Shown: positions 33,050 to 42,526, numbered from the stretch's first letter. The stretch: 64,000 nucleotides of DNA from Pseudobdellovibrionaceae bacterium (GCA_039810425.1 JBDHWW010000012.1:11393-75392), one strand, 5' to 3'. The notes: generated by a model not told the origin, from the sequence alone. Program-made: numbers and translations.

Positions 33050-34030
33050 TTAATAACTTGTCGGTTTGACCACGAACTCATAGGTCGTGGCTTCAGACTT
33101 CTTAAGGCCCGCGGACTCGGCCCACGCAGTGATGCGATAACGTCCTGGCTTCATGGCTTTGTCTAAAATCACTTCCTTGGCATTTTTCGAAGTGAATTTA
33201 TCAACCGGAATCCATTCGTCACCAAAAAAGTACCGATACTCGAGGGTCCCGACGGTGTCGGCAACGGTAGAAGTCGCTTTCCAGCGAAGAGTCGGCACTC
33301 CTTTGGTTTGCGGCAAACGGTGAGTTTTTAGTTTCGGATCCGTCACGTCCGGCACTTCTTCAAAGGCGAACACCGGTTTTTCAAGCTGCACAGTTTCGAT
33401 CACGGCTTGCCCAGGCAAGGTCACGGGCTCCGACTCAATGCCATCGGCCCCCACGGAAGTCAGTGTTGCCGTATAGGTGCCGGCTTTCAGGTGGGTCTTA
33501 TAGGCAAAGCCTTTAATAAGTTCTTCACAAACACTCTGGCCGTTTTGATCAGTCACCTTCACGCGAAACTGCGTTGCCCCTGGAGCTTCGCCCCAATGCC
33601 ACATCACCTCGCCGGTCAAAGTTTTCGGATCAATCACGCCCTTCGTAGCAACTGCTTTTTCGGGGAGCTTCGCCGGCTTTGGCTGTACAGTGAACTCGGT
33701 TAAGACCGACCACTCCCCATAGACTTTCCGGTCATCCGCCACGCGGCTACGGACTTTGTATCTTCCGACTTTGAATTTAAATTTGAAGACATTGTTCGGA
33801 GATTTAAACACCGCAAGGGTTTTTCCCTCGTAGTTTTGAAATTCCGTCTCATAGAACTTCGCTCCCGCGATTCTTTCCCATTCAAGTTCTACCGGAACTT
33901 TCTCGCTTTCAACCGCCAAGTGATGGGCCGTCGGCGCCGGTGCCGGTGCCGGGACCGGGGCTTTCTCTTCGGCCATCGCCGCCCAAGCCAGCAAGAGCGG
34001 AAAAAGAACGCTACTTCTTAGGAGCTTCAT
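33050..34030 (-). CDS. secreted protein with tandem FN3/Ig-like beta-sandwich domains
   Basis: signal peptide; three W...Y...G-x-Y...S patterns (LEW..GRYKVRSRV, WHW..GTYTATL, LRW..GRYRITA). Confidence 0.6.
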   Translation of the reverse strand: MKLLRSSVLFPLLLAWAAMAEEKAPVPAPAPAPTAHHLAVESEKVPVELEWERIAGAKFYETEFQNYEGKTLAVFKSPNNVFKFKFKVGRYKVRSRVADDRKVYGEWSVLTEFTVQPKPAKLPEKAVATKGVIDPKTLTGEVMWHWGEAPGATQFRVKVTDQNGQSVCEELIKGFAYKTHLKAGTYTATLTSVGADGIESEPVTLPGQAVIETVQLEKPVFAFEEVPDVTDPKLKTHRLPQTKGVPTLRWKATSTVADTVGTLEYRYFFGDEWIPVDKFTSKNAKEVILDKAMKPGRYRITAWAESAGLKKSEATTYEFVVKPTSY

Positions 34031-34922
34031 CGAGATCCTCTTTACCTTGGGGAGGCAAAGACTGCTTCGCCAGGCGGAGCGCCAAGTTCATCGCGTTGGT
34101 ATGATCGATGGTAATCTTATTTGAGCCCAGCGCATACTCCATCGCGGCCTGGAAATTCTCAGGGGCTTTCGGGCCATAGGCGAAAACCTTCGGCACGAGA
34201 TTCAAAGAATCAATCACTGAAAGGCCCATGCGTTTATCCGCGCGCAAAAAAGTATAGAACTTCTCGAAAGAATCATAAAGGCCGCCGGGAAACTTCGGCG
34301 TGTGGTCCACGATCTTTAACGCCAATTCCGCGCACTGGCGCAGTGGCAACGCCGCCTTGTCATTATGGGTGCAAAACTTCACAAGCTTGATAAAGTCCTC
34401 GCGCACATCTTTTGCTTTTCCTTCGTAATCACGCGAGAGCTGAAAGCTGACTTTATAGGCCGTGGCGAAGTCAAAATCGAGAACACTTTCAAGATACATC
34501 TTCGCGAACACTTCGTTGAAGTTGTTCAAGCGCTCATCATCTAAAACCGCAAAATCCAAACCGACTTCAACGGCTTTGGTGAGAGCCACGCCGGTTTTCT
34601 TCATCATCTCATAGGCCTTAAAGAAACGATTTGCCGAACCATTGCAGCCTTTGCTGATTTGCAATGAGAGGCGTGCGCCTTTTTCTTCACCAAGCGCAAG
34701 ATCGCGGTCTTGCATCAATCCTTCGTAGGCTGTTTGAAACTCCTTGAAGCTCTCGCACGCTTTGCTTTTGTTACTAAAAGCCGCCGACAGATCCACGCCG
34801 CCGCTATGCGGACCGACCGTGTAGGTGTTCTCGCGCTCTTGCGGGGATTTTACCTCCACCGCCGGAGCACGCATAACACAGAGAAGACTGATGAGGTAAA
34901 TTGCCGTCTGCAGGGCCTTCAT
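34011..34922 (-). CDS. hypothetical secreted helical-repeat protein
   Basis: signal peptide; ~40-aa amphipathic repeats; overlaps the downstream gene. Confidence 0.6.
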   Translation of the reverse strand: MKALQTAIYLISLLCVMRAPAVEVKSPQERENTYTVGPHSGGVDLSAAFSNKSKACESFKEFQTAYEGLMQDRDLALGEEKGARLSLQISKGCNGSANRFFKAYEMMKKTGVALTKAVEVGLDFAVLDDERLNNFNEVFAKMYLESVLDFDFATAYKVSFQLSRDYEGKAKDVREDFIKLVKFCTHNDKAALPLRQCAELALKIVDHTPKFPGGLYDSFEKFYTFLRADKRMGLSVIDSLNLVPKVFAYGPKAPENFQAAMEYALGSNKITIDHTNAMNLALRLAKQSLPPQGKEDLDEAPKK

Positions 34923-35746
34923 CAGAAGCTCCAGTTGGCGCTCAACTGCGGAGTGAACTCTTTAGTGTCTTTGTGATACTGCCAGTCAAAACCAACGAAC
35001 GGAGTGTAGATTTTGCGCTTATACTCAAGTTGCTTGTTCCAGTTATCGACATAGCGGTTGCTGAACATCCAAGGCAGGAACGAAGCCACTAAACCAACTG
35101 CGGCATAAGTACGCACATCGCCATTGGCTTGTGACGCCACGGCGATATTCGCAAGACCATTCAGAGTGACAGAGACCGTGGTCAGCATGTTAATCAAATG
35201 CGCCGGCTTTTCAAGGGCCTCTTCCGCCATGCGCTCGCGCAAAAGTTCGCTGCGTTTATCCGTCGTTTTCATTGGCCTAATGCGTTTGTAGGCATCGCCA
35301 TACAGGTCACTTTTAATGAGGTAAACCGAAAGCCCCAAACCTCCGATTCCGACCGCCATCGCGGCCATCGCCAGGTTATCGCTGTCTTTTTTTTCTTGAT
35401 CTAAAATGACGTTGTCTTTGTAATTTCCGCGCAAACGATTCCCGGCCAAAACAGTTGCAATTGATGAAACTTGGTAGGGCCAAAACGCCACCCAGCCGTA
35501 GTCTTTTTCATTTTGAGTTTCCATGGCCAGGCGATCCGACGCGCGGGGAACCACTTGCAACTCCGGATAATCGAGGCCTTTTAAGATATCATCGTCCTTG
35601 CTTTCACGCGGTGGAATCACCACGCTCTTGGAAGCTTCTTTTGCGGATTCTTTGACGGTAGCCGCTTCTTTTTTCTCTTGTGCCCAAGCCAACTGGGCAG
35701 AAAGGACCAACGACAGGACAACACCGAAAGACACAGCTCTTTTCAT
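34922..35746 (-). CDS. hypothetical membrane/exported protein
   Basis: signal peptide, hydrophobic helices, C-terminal beta-signal-like QLSANWSF. Confidence 0.6.
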   Translation of the reverse strand: MKRAVSFGVVLSLVLSAQLAWAQEKKEAATVKESAKEASKSVVIPPRESKDDDILKGLDYPELQVVPRASDRLAMETQNEKDYGWVAFWPYQVSSIATVLAGNRLRGNYKDNVILDQEKKDSDNLAMAAMAVGIGGLGLSVYLIKSDLYGDAYKRIRPMKTTDKRSELLRERMAEEALEKPAHLINMLTTVSVTLNGLANIAVASQANGDVRTYAAVGLVASFLPWMFSNRYVDNWNKQLEYKRKIYTPFVGFDWQYHKDTKEFTPQLSANWSF

Positions 35747-35847
35747 ACACTTCCCTTACGTGTTTGAGTATTTTTCCTTTCTAGCATAGACGAGGAAGGC
35801 GGGAGTGGGTACTGGACCGGAGACCAAACGTGGCTTTGGTAAGAGTT

Positions 35848-36276
35848 TTATTTTCTCGAGAGAATTGTTTTGAACGCCGTCTCTAAAAACTCATGTGAAT
35901 CGGGCTCAGAAGCTTTCAGCATGCCCTGATAGGCTTTGGTAACATCGACGAGGCTGGCGCCCGCCGGCAGGCCGAGCACCTCATATGCGTCCCAAGTGTG
36001 GCCATTATAATTAAATAAAATATTAAGATCTTTGCTTTCACCGCTCGGAAGTGGTGTTTCTTCGAGGTACTTCTGATAGCGCGGGTGACTGTAGCGGCCA
36101 CTCTGGGTTCTTACCCCATTCCGGTTTTTTTGCAATACACCGCCCGGGTTTTGATTCCCCTCCTTCATTTTAAGCCGAGTGGTCTTTTTAGACGATCCTC
36201 GCCGCCCAGCGAGAAACCAGATGATAAAGAACGATAAAATAGCGATGTTGATAAGCAAAAACTGTTGGCTATTCAC
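35848..36276 (-). CDS. membrane-anchored protein with degenerate DnaJ-like C-terminal domain
   Basis: N-terminal TM; DAYEVLGLPAGASLVDVTKAY resembles J-domain helices I-II; no HPD. Confidence 0.6.
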   Translation of the reverse strand: MNSQQFLLINIAILSFFIIWFLAGRRGSSKKTTRLKMKEGNQNPGGVLQKNRNGVRTQSGRYSHPRYQKYLEETPLPSGESKDLNILFNYNGHTWDAYEVLGLPAGASLVDVTKAYQGMLKASEPDSHEFLETAFKTILSRK

Positions 36277-36327
36277 TTAATTTTTATTATTGGTGTTGAG
36301 CGCTTATTTAGCAAGTAGGAGTTCTCA

Positions 36328-37122
36328 ATGGCCACCCCTAATCCTTTCGACCAACAAGTCGCTATTCCTGGAGTTAAACACATTATTGCTGTGAGTTCGG
36401 GCAAGGGAGGCGTCGGCAAAAGCACGGTTGCTGCAAATCTAGCCACGGCCCTTGGGCAGAAGAATAAGGTTGGACTGCTGGACGCTGATATCTACGGCCC
36501 GAGTATTCCGCGCATGTTAGGTTCTTTGAATCAAAAACCGGGCATCAATTCCGCCCAACGCCTCGAGCCGGTTCAAAGATACGGTATCAAATTGATGAGT
36601 ATTGGCTTCTTGATCGATGAAAATGCCGCCGTCGTTTGGCGTGGTCCTATGCTCTTTAAAGCCATGGACCAATTCCTGCGTGACGTGGAATGGGGTGAAC
36701 TGGATTACCTCGTGGTCGATCTTCCTCCCGGCACGGGCGACGTTCAACTGTCGTTAGCACAAAAAGTACCGGTCGCCGGGGCCGTGATGGTCTGCACTCC
36801 GCAGAACGTAGCCCTCACCGATGTCAAACGTGGCGTGGATATGTTCCAACGCGTGGGCATTCGCATGCTCGGGCTGGTTGAAAACATGTCTTACATGATC
36901 AACCCTGCAAATGGCGAAAAGATTCAGATGTTTCCTAAGGGAGAGCTCGAATCTTTCATGGCTTCAAAAGAAATTCCGAAATTGGGCGAGATTCCGTTCA
37001 ACCCGTCTGTGGGGCTTTCTTGCGAAGCCGGTATTCCGATTGTTGAAAGCAACAAAAACGGCGTCGAAGCCCAGGAGTTCCTGCGCATTGCCGATCGCAT
37101 TCGCGAATTGCTGCCAGTCTAG
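36328..37122 (+). CDS. mrp: Mrp/ApbC (NBP35) family P-loop ATPase
   Basis: SGKGGVGKST, DADIYGPS, VVWRGP, DLPPGTGD, VENMS; AGGAG SD. Confidence 0.93.
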   Translation: MATPNPFDQQVAIPGVKHIIAVSSGKGGVGKSTVAANLATALGQKNKVGLLDADIYGPSIPRMLGSLNQKPGINSAQRLEPVQRYGIKLMSIGFLIDENAAVVWRGPMLFKAMDQFLRDVEWGELDYLVVDLPPGTGDVQLSLAQKVPVAGAVMVCTPQNVALTDVKRGVDMFQRVGIRMLGLVENMSYMINPANGEKIQMFPKGELESFMASKEIPKLGEIPFNPSVGLSCEAGIPIVESNKNGVEAQEFLRIADRIRELLPV

Positions 37123-37470
37123 CTAGCCCATTTCCCCGCTCTCGCTACTCCTGCGCCCAGTCCGAGGATGAATCTCACTCTGAGACTCAAGCACCTGAAC
37201 TTATTTGAGAATCTTCAGCAAGAAACTTTCAAAAAGACTTAGGTCTAGGTATTCTGGATTTGTTAGCGACAAGGCCCGGTTTACTTCCGCTCTGAGGGCC
37301 GGCATAAGGGGGGTTCAGAATGTTGATTCGCCATCGCGATCACAATGACAAGTCACCGAAGTGACGATGCAGTAAAAAAAGTTAGACTCTAGTTTTCGAG
37401 AAATACTCAACCCAGGATATCTTAATAGGAGGTTCCTAGCGGTCATTCTCTAAGGATTTAGATCCTTCTT

Positions 37471-37568
37471 TTGCCTCAAGGTAAACCATCGGAAACGGTG
37501 GGGCACAAAGCTACAGGGACTACAGCTCGTACACTTAAGAGCCAAGTCAGCCAGTCTGCCAAAGGTAA
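37471..37568 (+). ncRNA. cyclic di-GMP-I (GEMM-I) riboswitch aptamer within a stand-alone RNA
   Basis: GGTAAACCATCGGAAACGGTGGGGCACAAAGC P2 with GAAA tetraloop, P3 ...CAGCCAGTCTGCC, P1 TTGCCT/AGGTAA. Confidence 0.9.
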
Positions 37569-37595
37569 TGAGTCACCCGAGGAGTAGGTGAGCAA

Positions 37596-37655
37596 ATGGA
37601 AGGTCAAGTTTCTAAAAATTCTATCACGGATTGGTTTCATTCCCCTAGCCTATGA
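37596..37655 (+). CDS. putative 19-aa micro-ORF (MEGQVSKNSITDWFHSPSL) downstream of riboswitch
   Basis: GAGGAG/AGGTGAG SD-like sequences just upstream; stop lies inside the terminator stem. Confidence 0.3.
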   Translation: MEGQVSKNSITDWFHSPSL

Positions 37656-37690
37656 GTTATTAGGATTATTTCTCATAGGCACTTTTTTTT
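37648..37690 (+). terminator. intrinsic terminator ending the riboswitch RNA
   Basis: GCCTATGAG...CTCATAGGC stem followed by ACTTTTTTTT. Confidence 0.8.
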
Positions 37691-37703
37691 GCCTATCCAG
37701 ACA

Positions 37704-38258
37704 CTACGGTTCAGCCAAAGTCTTCTTCAGCAATGCCAGAAACTCCTCTGCCGAGCTATCGTAACCTTCGACTGTTTTCAAAATTTCGCCCTCTTTATTC
37801 AGCAAAATAATATTATTCGAATGAACATAGGCGCCACCCGCTAAGCGTTTGTATTGGACGCCCAAAAGGCCCGCAAGCTCCGCCACGGTCGTTTTATCGC
37901 CACGATAGATATTCCACTGCGCCGAAGTGATTTTGTATTTTTTCGTAAAGGCCTTTAAAGCCTCTGGAGTATCCCGCTCATGATCAAAAGAAAACAAATC
38001 CACCCCAACCTTTTCAGCCTCTTTCGCTGACAGCTTCGACAAGAAATGCTTCACATCCCCCACCAGCATGGGGCAGGCGGAAGTGCACTGGGTGAAAACC
38101 ATCGAGACGATCCGCACCCGGCCCTTGAGATTGGCAAAGGGCTCCGTTTTGCCGTCTTGATTGGTCCACTTTCCCTGCAGGTGATACACCGAATTCGGAC
38201 TCAGCGCCTGGGCACTGAAAGAAATAAGTAACAAGATGGCTACGCCAAATGATTTCAT
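37704..38258 (-). CDS. SCO1/SenC family copper chaperone
   Basis: FTQCTSACP (CxxxC), RDTPE, conserved His (YVHS); ATGA overlap with upstream gene. Confidence 0.9.
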   Translation of the reverse strand: MKSFGVAILLLISFSAQALSPNSVYHLQGKWTNQDGKTEPFANLKGRVRIVSMVFTQCTSACPMLVGDVKHFLSKLSAKEAEKVGVDLFSFDHERDTPEALKAFTKKYKITSAQWNIYRGDKTTVAELAGLLGVQYKRLAGGAYVHSNNIILLNKEGEILKTVEGYDSSAEEFLALLKKTLAEP

Positions 38259-39004
38259 GGCTGAATATCCTTTCCACAACGAAAACCTAAATTCTCGGTG
38301 ACGTAATTTCCTTTAAGACTGCTCCGAAACGCAAACCGCATGAAGGTCGCATACTCCTCCGTCGAGGCCGCGCCGAGGGAACCACTGCCGCAAAAAAGGT
38401 TTTTTTCGCGGCTATTGTCCGAGCGTGAGTCCCCTTTGATCATCACCGAGGCATAATCCTCAACCCACTCCCAAATCAGCCCGTGCATATCATACACGCC
38501 GAATTTATTAGCTTTGCCGGTCTTGACCGCGCCGAGTTGCGAGTTCGGACGCCCGTACCATTCCAGGATTTTTTCCGCATGGGCGGGATTTTCACTGTCG
38601 CTCGCATACTCCCACTCGTTCACCGTCAATAAACGCTTGCCCTTGGACTCGCAGTACTTTCTTGCGGCAAACCAGGAGACCGAAACCACCGGATAGCTTT
38701 CCTTACCGGCAGGGATCGTCTCCGCATTCGGCCAGCCCTGCAGATAATTCGTGGTCGCAAAAACTGTCGGTACCGCCGCCTTTTTCCATTCAGGATTTTT
38801 CTTTACAAACTCCAAATAGTCTTTGTTAGTGACTGGGAATTTATCAATAAAAAAGGAACTCACCGGGGCGAATTCCTTTTGGTCTTTTTCTTTATAGAAC
38901 AATTTATAAGCGCCGGCCTTTACTTCGACCATGCCCGCCGGGAGTGGCTCCGCCGCCACCTTGCCCGCAAGTAGGAGAGTAAAAATCAGCGCCGGGAGCT
39001 TCAT
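38255..39004 (-). CDS. nirV: formylglycine-generating-enzyme family protein, NirV-like
   Basis: PVT, PVVSVSW..A..YC..GKRL, YDMHGLIWEW, LGFRC; directly downstream of nirK. Confidence 0.8.
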   Translation of the reverse strand: MKLPALIFTLLLAGKVAAEPLPAGMVEVKAGAYKLFYKEKDQKEFAPVSSFFIDKFPVTNKDYLEFVKKNPEWKKAAVPTVFATTNYLQGWPNAETIPAGKESYPVVSVSWFAARKYCESKGKRLLTVNEWEYASDSENPAHAEKILEWYGRPNSQLGAVKTGKANKFGVYDMHGLIWEWVEDYASVMIKGDSRSDNSREKNLFCGSGSLGAASTEEYATFMRFAFRSSLKGNYVTENLGFRCGKDIQP

Positions 39005-39007
39005 AAC

Positions 39008-40426
39008 CTATTTCCCGCGAAGGGCTTTGACTTCTTTCATATTTACAAGGTCCCCTTTGTTGCCCCATGAGTTGCGCACATAAGTCAGAACATTGGCAAC
39101 ATCGTCGTCACTCAAGCCCAACGCCGGCATCACCCCATTGTAAACTTGACCATTCACTTTCACGTCGCCAGTCAAGCCGTTGAGCACGACACCGATGGCT
39201 CTCTTCTTATCTTTCATCAAGAAATCAGATTTTGCCAGTGGTGGGAACGCATTTGGGATCCCCTCTCCTTGCAATTGGTGGCAGGCCGCGCAATTTTGTG
39301 CGTAGACAGTTTTGCCGACTTCCATGCGCTGAGCAAAAGTTTTCTCAGTGATTTCTTCTTTTTTCTCAGCCACTGGGATTTCCTGGATCGCCCCGCCTTC
39401 TGGCAGATAGATTCCGTCCTCAGTTTTTCCACTGTAGATGGTTGCATCTTTGTCCCCTTCGACTTTCAACATTCCCAAGGCGCCTTTGTTAAACGCACGG
39501 AAGATCGAGTGGTCGACCAGAATGTAAGTCGCAGGAATCTCAGTTTTGAATTCAACAATCGCAGAACCGCCCGCCGGGATTAAAGTCGTTTGCACGTTTT
39601 TCTGGTTCGGGATGATGCCGCCCTCAGTGTAAACCTGATCAAAAATCTCACCGATGACATGGAATGAAGAAACCAAACTCGGTCCACCGTTGCCGACGAA
39701 CATACGAATGGTGTCTCCCGCCTTTGCTTTCAGGGCGTTGTCATTGGTAATAGCGCCGACGGAACCGTTGAAGACCACATAATCCGGCTGCTCTTTCACC
39801 GCTTTAGTCATGTCAAACGGCTGCAGGCCACGGGCGCCGTATTTGCCTTTGGTATAGAACTCGCTCTGAAGAACATAGAATTCCTTGCTCACTGGTGGCA
39901 GACCTTTTTCAGGCTCCACCAAAATCAGGCCATACATTCCGTTTGCAATATGCATCCCGACGGGAGCCGTCGCGCAATGGTAAATATAAAGACCCGCATT
40001 GAGTGCACGGAAAGAAAAGGTTGAGCTGTGACCTGGGGCTGTGAAGGAGCCTTCCGCCCCTCCCCCTTGGCCAGTCACCGCATGAAGGTCAATATTGTGC
40101 GGCATTTTGCTGCTAGGATGGTTGGCTAAAGTAAAATCGACATAGTCCCCTTCACGAATACGAATGAAAGGTCCCGGAACCGAGCCTCCGAAAGTCCAAA
40201 AAGTGTAGTCAACTCCGTCGGCCAGTCTTTTAACAACTTCCTTTGTTTCAAGATGGATTTTCACACGTGCTGGTTTTTTCCTGGTGATTGGTGGTGGAAC
40301 GTCCGGGGCATGTGTTAAGACAGCCTTTTCCACAGGTAAAGAGTTAATATCGATTTTTTCAGCACTCCAAGCAGTTTCCAACGCTAGAATGACAGCAACC
40401 GACGAGACAAGTTTCAGGGTTTTCAT
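39008..40426 (-). CDS. nirK: copper-containing nitrite reductase with C-terminal cytochrome c domain
   Basis: [43 protein letters not shown]-terminal CAACH with Met ligand (GVMP). Confidence 0.96.
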   Translation of the reverse strand: MKTLKLVSSVAVILALETAWSAEKIDINSLPVEKAVLTHAPDVPPPITRKKPARVKIHLETKEVVKRLADGVDYTFWTFGGSVPGPFIRIREGDYVDFTLANHPSSKMPHNIDLHAVTGQGGGAEGSFTAPGHSSTFSFRALNAGLYIYHCATAPVGMHIANGMYGLILVEPEKGLPPVSKEFYVLQSEFYTKGKYGARGLQPFDMTKAVKEQPDYVVFNGSVGAITNDNALKAKAGDTIRMFVGNGGPSLVSSFHVIGEIFDQVYTEGGIIPNQKNVQTTLIPAGGSAIVEFKTEIPATYILVDHSIFRAFNKGALGMLKVEGDKDATIYSGKTEDGIYLPEGGAIQEIPVAEKKEEITEKTFAQRMEVGKTVYAQNCAACHQLQGEGIPNAFPPLAKSDFLMKDKKRAIGVVLNGLTGDVKVNGQVYNGVMPALGLSDDDVANVLTYVRNSWGNKGDLVNMKEVKALRGK

Positions 40427-40473
40427 TTGAGCCTCCGATATCTATAGATTAATATAGTATGTGTAAGTGCAAA

Positions 40474-40487
40474 TTGATTTGAATCAA
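40474..40487. promoter_or_regulatory. FNR/DNR box upstream of nirK
   Basis: perfect TTGAT-TTGA-ATCAA between divergent nirK and Crp/Fnr genes. Confidence 0.85.
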
Positions 40488-40532
40488 ATTGTTTAGATTT
40501 CGTTCCATCTGGACCACCTCAGGAGAGAGCTT

Positions 40533-41207
40533 GTGACAAAAAGTCCCAACCCCGCCCTTTTTAAAACCCGCCCCACGGATCATTGTCCCATCTGCTCGAC
40601 CCAAGAAGAGACAGTGACCAACCAGATTCTGAAGACCCTTCAGCATAAGACCTACCCTAAAGGAACAATTGTTTTTAGCCAAGAGCAAGCCAGCAGCGGA
40701 CTTTTCCTGGTCTACAAAGGTACCATCAAAGTGTCGCGCATTTCTCCTGCGGGAAAAGAAATTATTATCGAGATTTTGGGTTCTAGAAAGACTCTGGGCG
40801 AAAGCAGTCTCTTTGGCCAAGGCCAGCACTCCGATACGGCCGTCACCGCCGAGACTGCGGAACTGTTTCTCATCCCTAAAGATGATTTCAAAAAACTTCT
40901 GGCAGATCATCCTCAACTTTATCAAAATGTTCTCCACAGCCTGGTTCAATGGATGGATAAGCTCAATGCAGTGATCGAGAATATCAATATTTCGTCCGCT
41001 AAGGATAGAATTTATGCCTATCTGATGAAAATGCAAAAAGAACAACAGCGAACCCTGATCCATCTCACTGGCAAAAAACACGAAGTCGCGTTGATGTTAG
41101 GACTTCGTCCCGAGACCTTTTCACGCACGCTGGCGGAACTCGAAACCGAGGGGTTGATTAAAATGAATCACAAACAGATTCAGATTTTGGTCAGCAAAGA
41201 AACTTAG
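40533..41207 (+). CDS. Crp/Fnr family transcriptional regulator
   Basis: cNMP-binding barrel (G.IKVSR...GKE..LGE), HTH recognition helix RPETFSRTL. Confidence 0.93.
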   Translation: MTKSPNPALFKTRPTDHCPICSTQEETVTNQILKTLQHKTYPKGTIVFSQEQASSGLFLVYKGTIKVSRISPAGKEIIIEILGSRKTLGESSLFGQGQHSDTAVTAETAELFLIPKDDFKKLLADHPQLYQNVLHSLVQWMDKLNAVIENINISSAKDRIYAYLMKMQKEQQRTLIHLTGKKHEVALMLGLRPETFSRTLAELETEGLIKMNHKQIQILVSKET

Positions 41208-41230
41208 ATCTAACAATCAATTGCTAGGCG

Positions 41231-42370
41231 TTATGCCACCGACTTCAGACGCAAAATCTTGGGCAGAAACACGCCTCCCCAGACGAGCAGCCCTAGAATC
41301 CAGGCATACGATGCATAGACAAGATGCGACTGGTAAATATGGGGAGCAAATCCCGCCGACAAACGCGTAAGCCCCGCAAGAATCACCAGAAGCGCGCCAA
41401 AGAGCAATGCCTTGGAGTTCTTTTCGAGGCTCATGTCATGCTTGCCATGGGACAAACACACTCGAGTCGCGATCATCAAAGTCATGAGCGCAAGGCCGGA
41501 AACAAAGACCACGTGCAGAAGATGAATACGATAGTCCGGAAACAAAGCGACGCCCCATTGTCCCAGAACAAGAAACCAAGCCGAGCCCCACAGCCAGAAG
41601 GCTTGACGGTCCTTACGTTTCGGCCGCTTGTGCAAATGCCAGAAATTAAACCCAATCACCGAGAACACGACCGCCCGCAAAACATTCGCCGTTTGAAAGT
41701 GATAAAATACTTCCAAGATGTAGGTCATAAAAAAGATCACGGCTAGCGCCACAAACACTCTTAGCTTCGGCGGCAGACGTCCCTCCAAGGGCATCGGCGC
41801 CCATCCCAGCAAAGCCGGAATCAGCCGGCTGCCGACCCCCATCACCAACGAAAGAATATACGCCTGAAGAAAAAACAACCGTCCGAGATTAAAAATATTC
41901 CCGGGAACATCCATGACTTCAGCGCACAACAAGACTCCATTTCCGACGAGGCCCGAAATCAAACCGAATCCCACGAACACGAAGGCATCCGGAGGATTGA
42001 TCTTGCGGGCCAAAAAGCGACGGCCCAAGAACTGGATCAAAAATAAAAACAGAAGAAGATCAACGACATAGAAAAAGGTCTTTTCCGCAATCACCGCACC
42101 GACAAGAAGCAAGGCTATCAAGCCCTGGGCGGCGATGTGTTCCCACTTTTGCGGCCCAAACGACTCCGTAAACCGCGGGGCCGCCGTCATTAAAAATCCG
42201 CACACAAAACAGAGAAAGAAGCCTCCCATCATGATTTCCGGGTGAAACAGGCCCGGATACACGCTCCACTGGTGGGGGAACAAAATCCAGAGCAAAACGC
42301 CCCAAATCCCCAAAATCCAGCCAGCCGGAAAAAAGTACCTGTAACCGTCAAGTTGCACTGATGCACCCAT
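41231..42370 (-). CDS. nnrS: NnrS family membrane protein
   Basis: YRYFFP, HPEIMMGGF, GFLMTAAPRF, H..F...L.L...TRV.LSH; multi-TM; NO-metabolism context. Confidence 0.85.
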   Translation of the reverse strand: MGASVQLDGYRYFFPAGWILGIWGVLLWILFPHQWSVYPGLFHPEIMMGGFFLCFVCGFLMTAAPRFTESFGPQKWEHIAAQGLIALLLVGAVIAEKTFFYVVDLLLFLFLIQFLGRRFLARKINPPDAFVFVGFGLISGLVGNGVLLCAEVMDVPGNIFNLGRLFFLQAYILSLVMGVGSRLIPALLGWAPMPLEGRLPPKLRVFVALAVIFFMTYILEVFYHFQTANVLRAVVFSVIGFNFWHLHKRPKRKDRQAFWLWGSAWFLVLGQWGVALFPDYRIHLLHVVFVSGLALMTLMIATRVCLSHGKHDMSLEKNSKALLFGALLVILAGLTRLSAGFAPHIYQSHLVYASYAWILGLLVWGGVFLPKILRLKSVA

Positions 42371-42419
42371 AAAAACCTCATTTCAAAACCAATGTATCAG
42401 ATCGGTTCACAGGTCGTAC

Positions 42420-42433
42420 ATGATCGAGGTCAA
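42420..42433. promoter_or_regulatory. FNR-like box upstream of nnrS
   Basis: ATGAT-CGAG-GTCAA. Confidence 0.55.
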
Positions 42434-42465
42434 AAAAAGATCAAATGATAAAAGAATGGAAAAAT

Positions 42466-42479
42466 ATGACCTGGATCAT
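42466..42479. promoter_or_regulatory. FNR-like box upstream of second Crp/Fnr gene
   Basis: ATGAC-CTGG-ATCAT. Confidence 0.5.
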
Positions 42480-42526
42480 ATTTTCCCGGTTCAGGTTCAG
42501 GCATTCTAATAACAAGGAGGCCCAAA

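Noticed and set aside
40449..41081. 210-aa minus-strand ORF upstream of nirK
   Set aside because: Antisense to the clear Crp/Fnr gene and spans the FNR box
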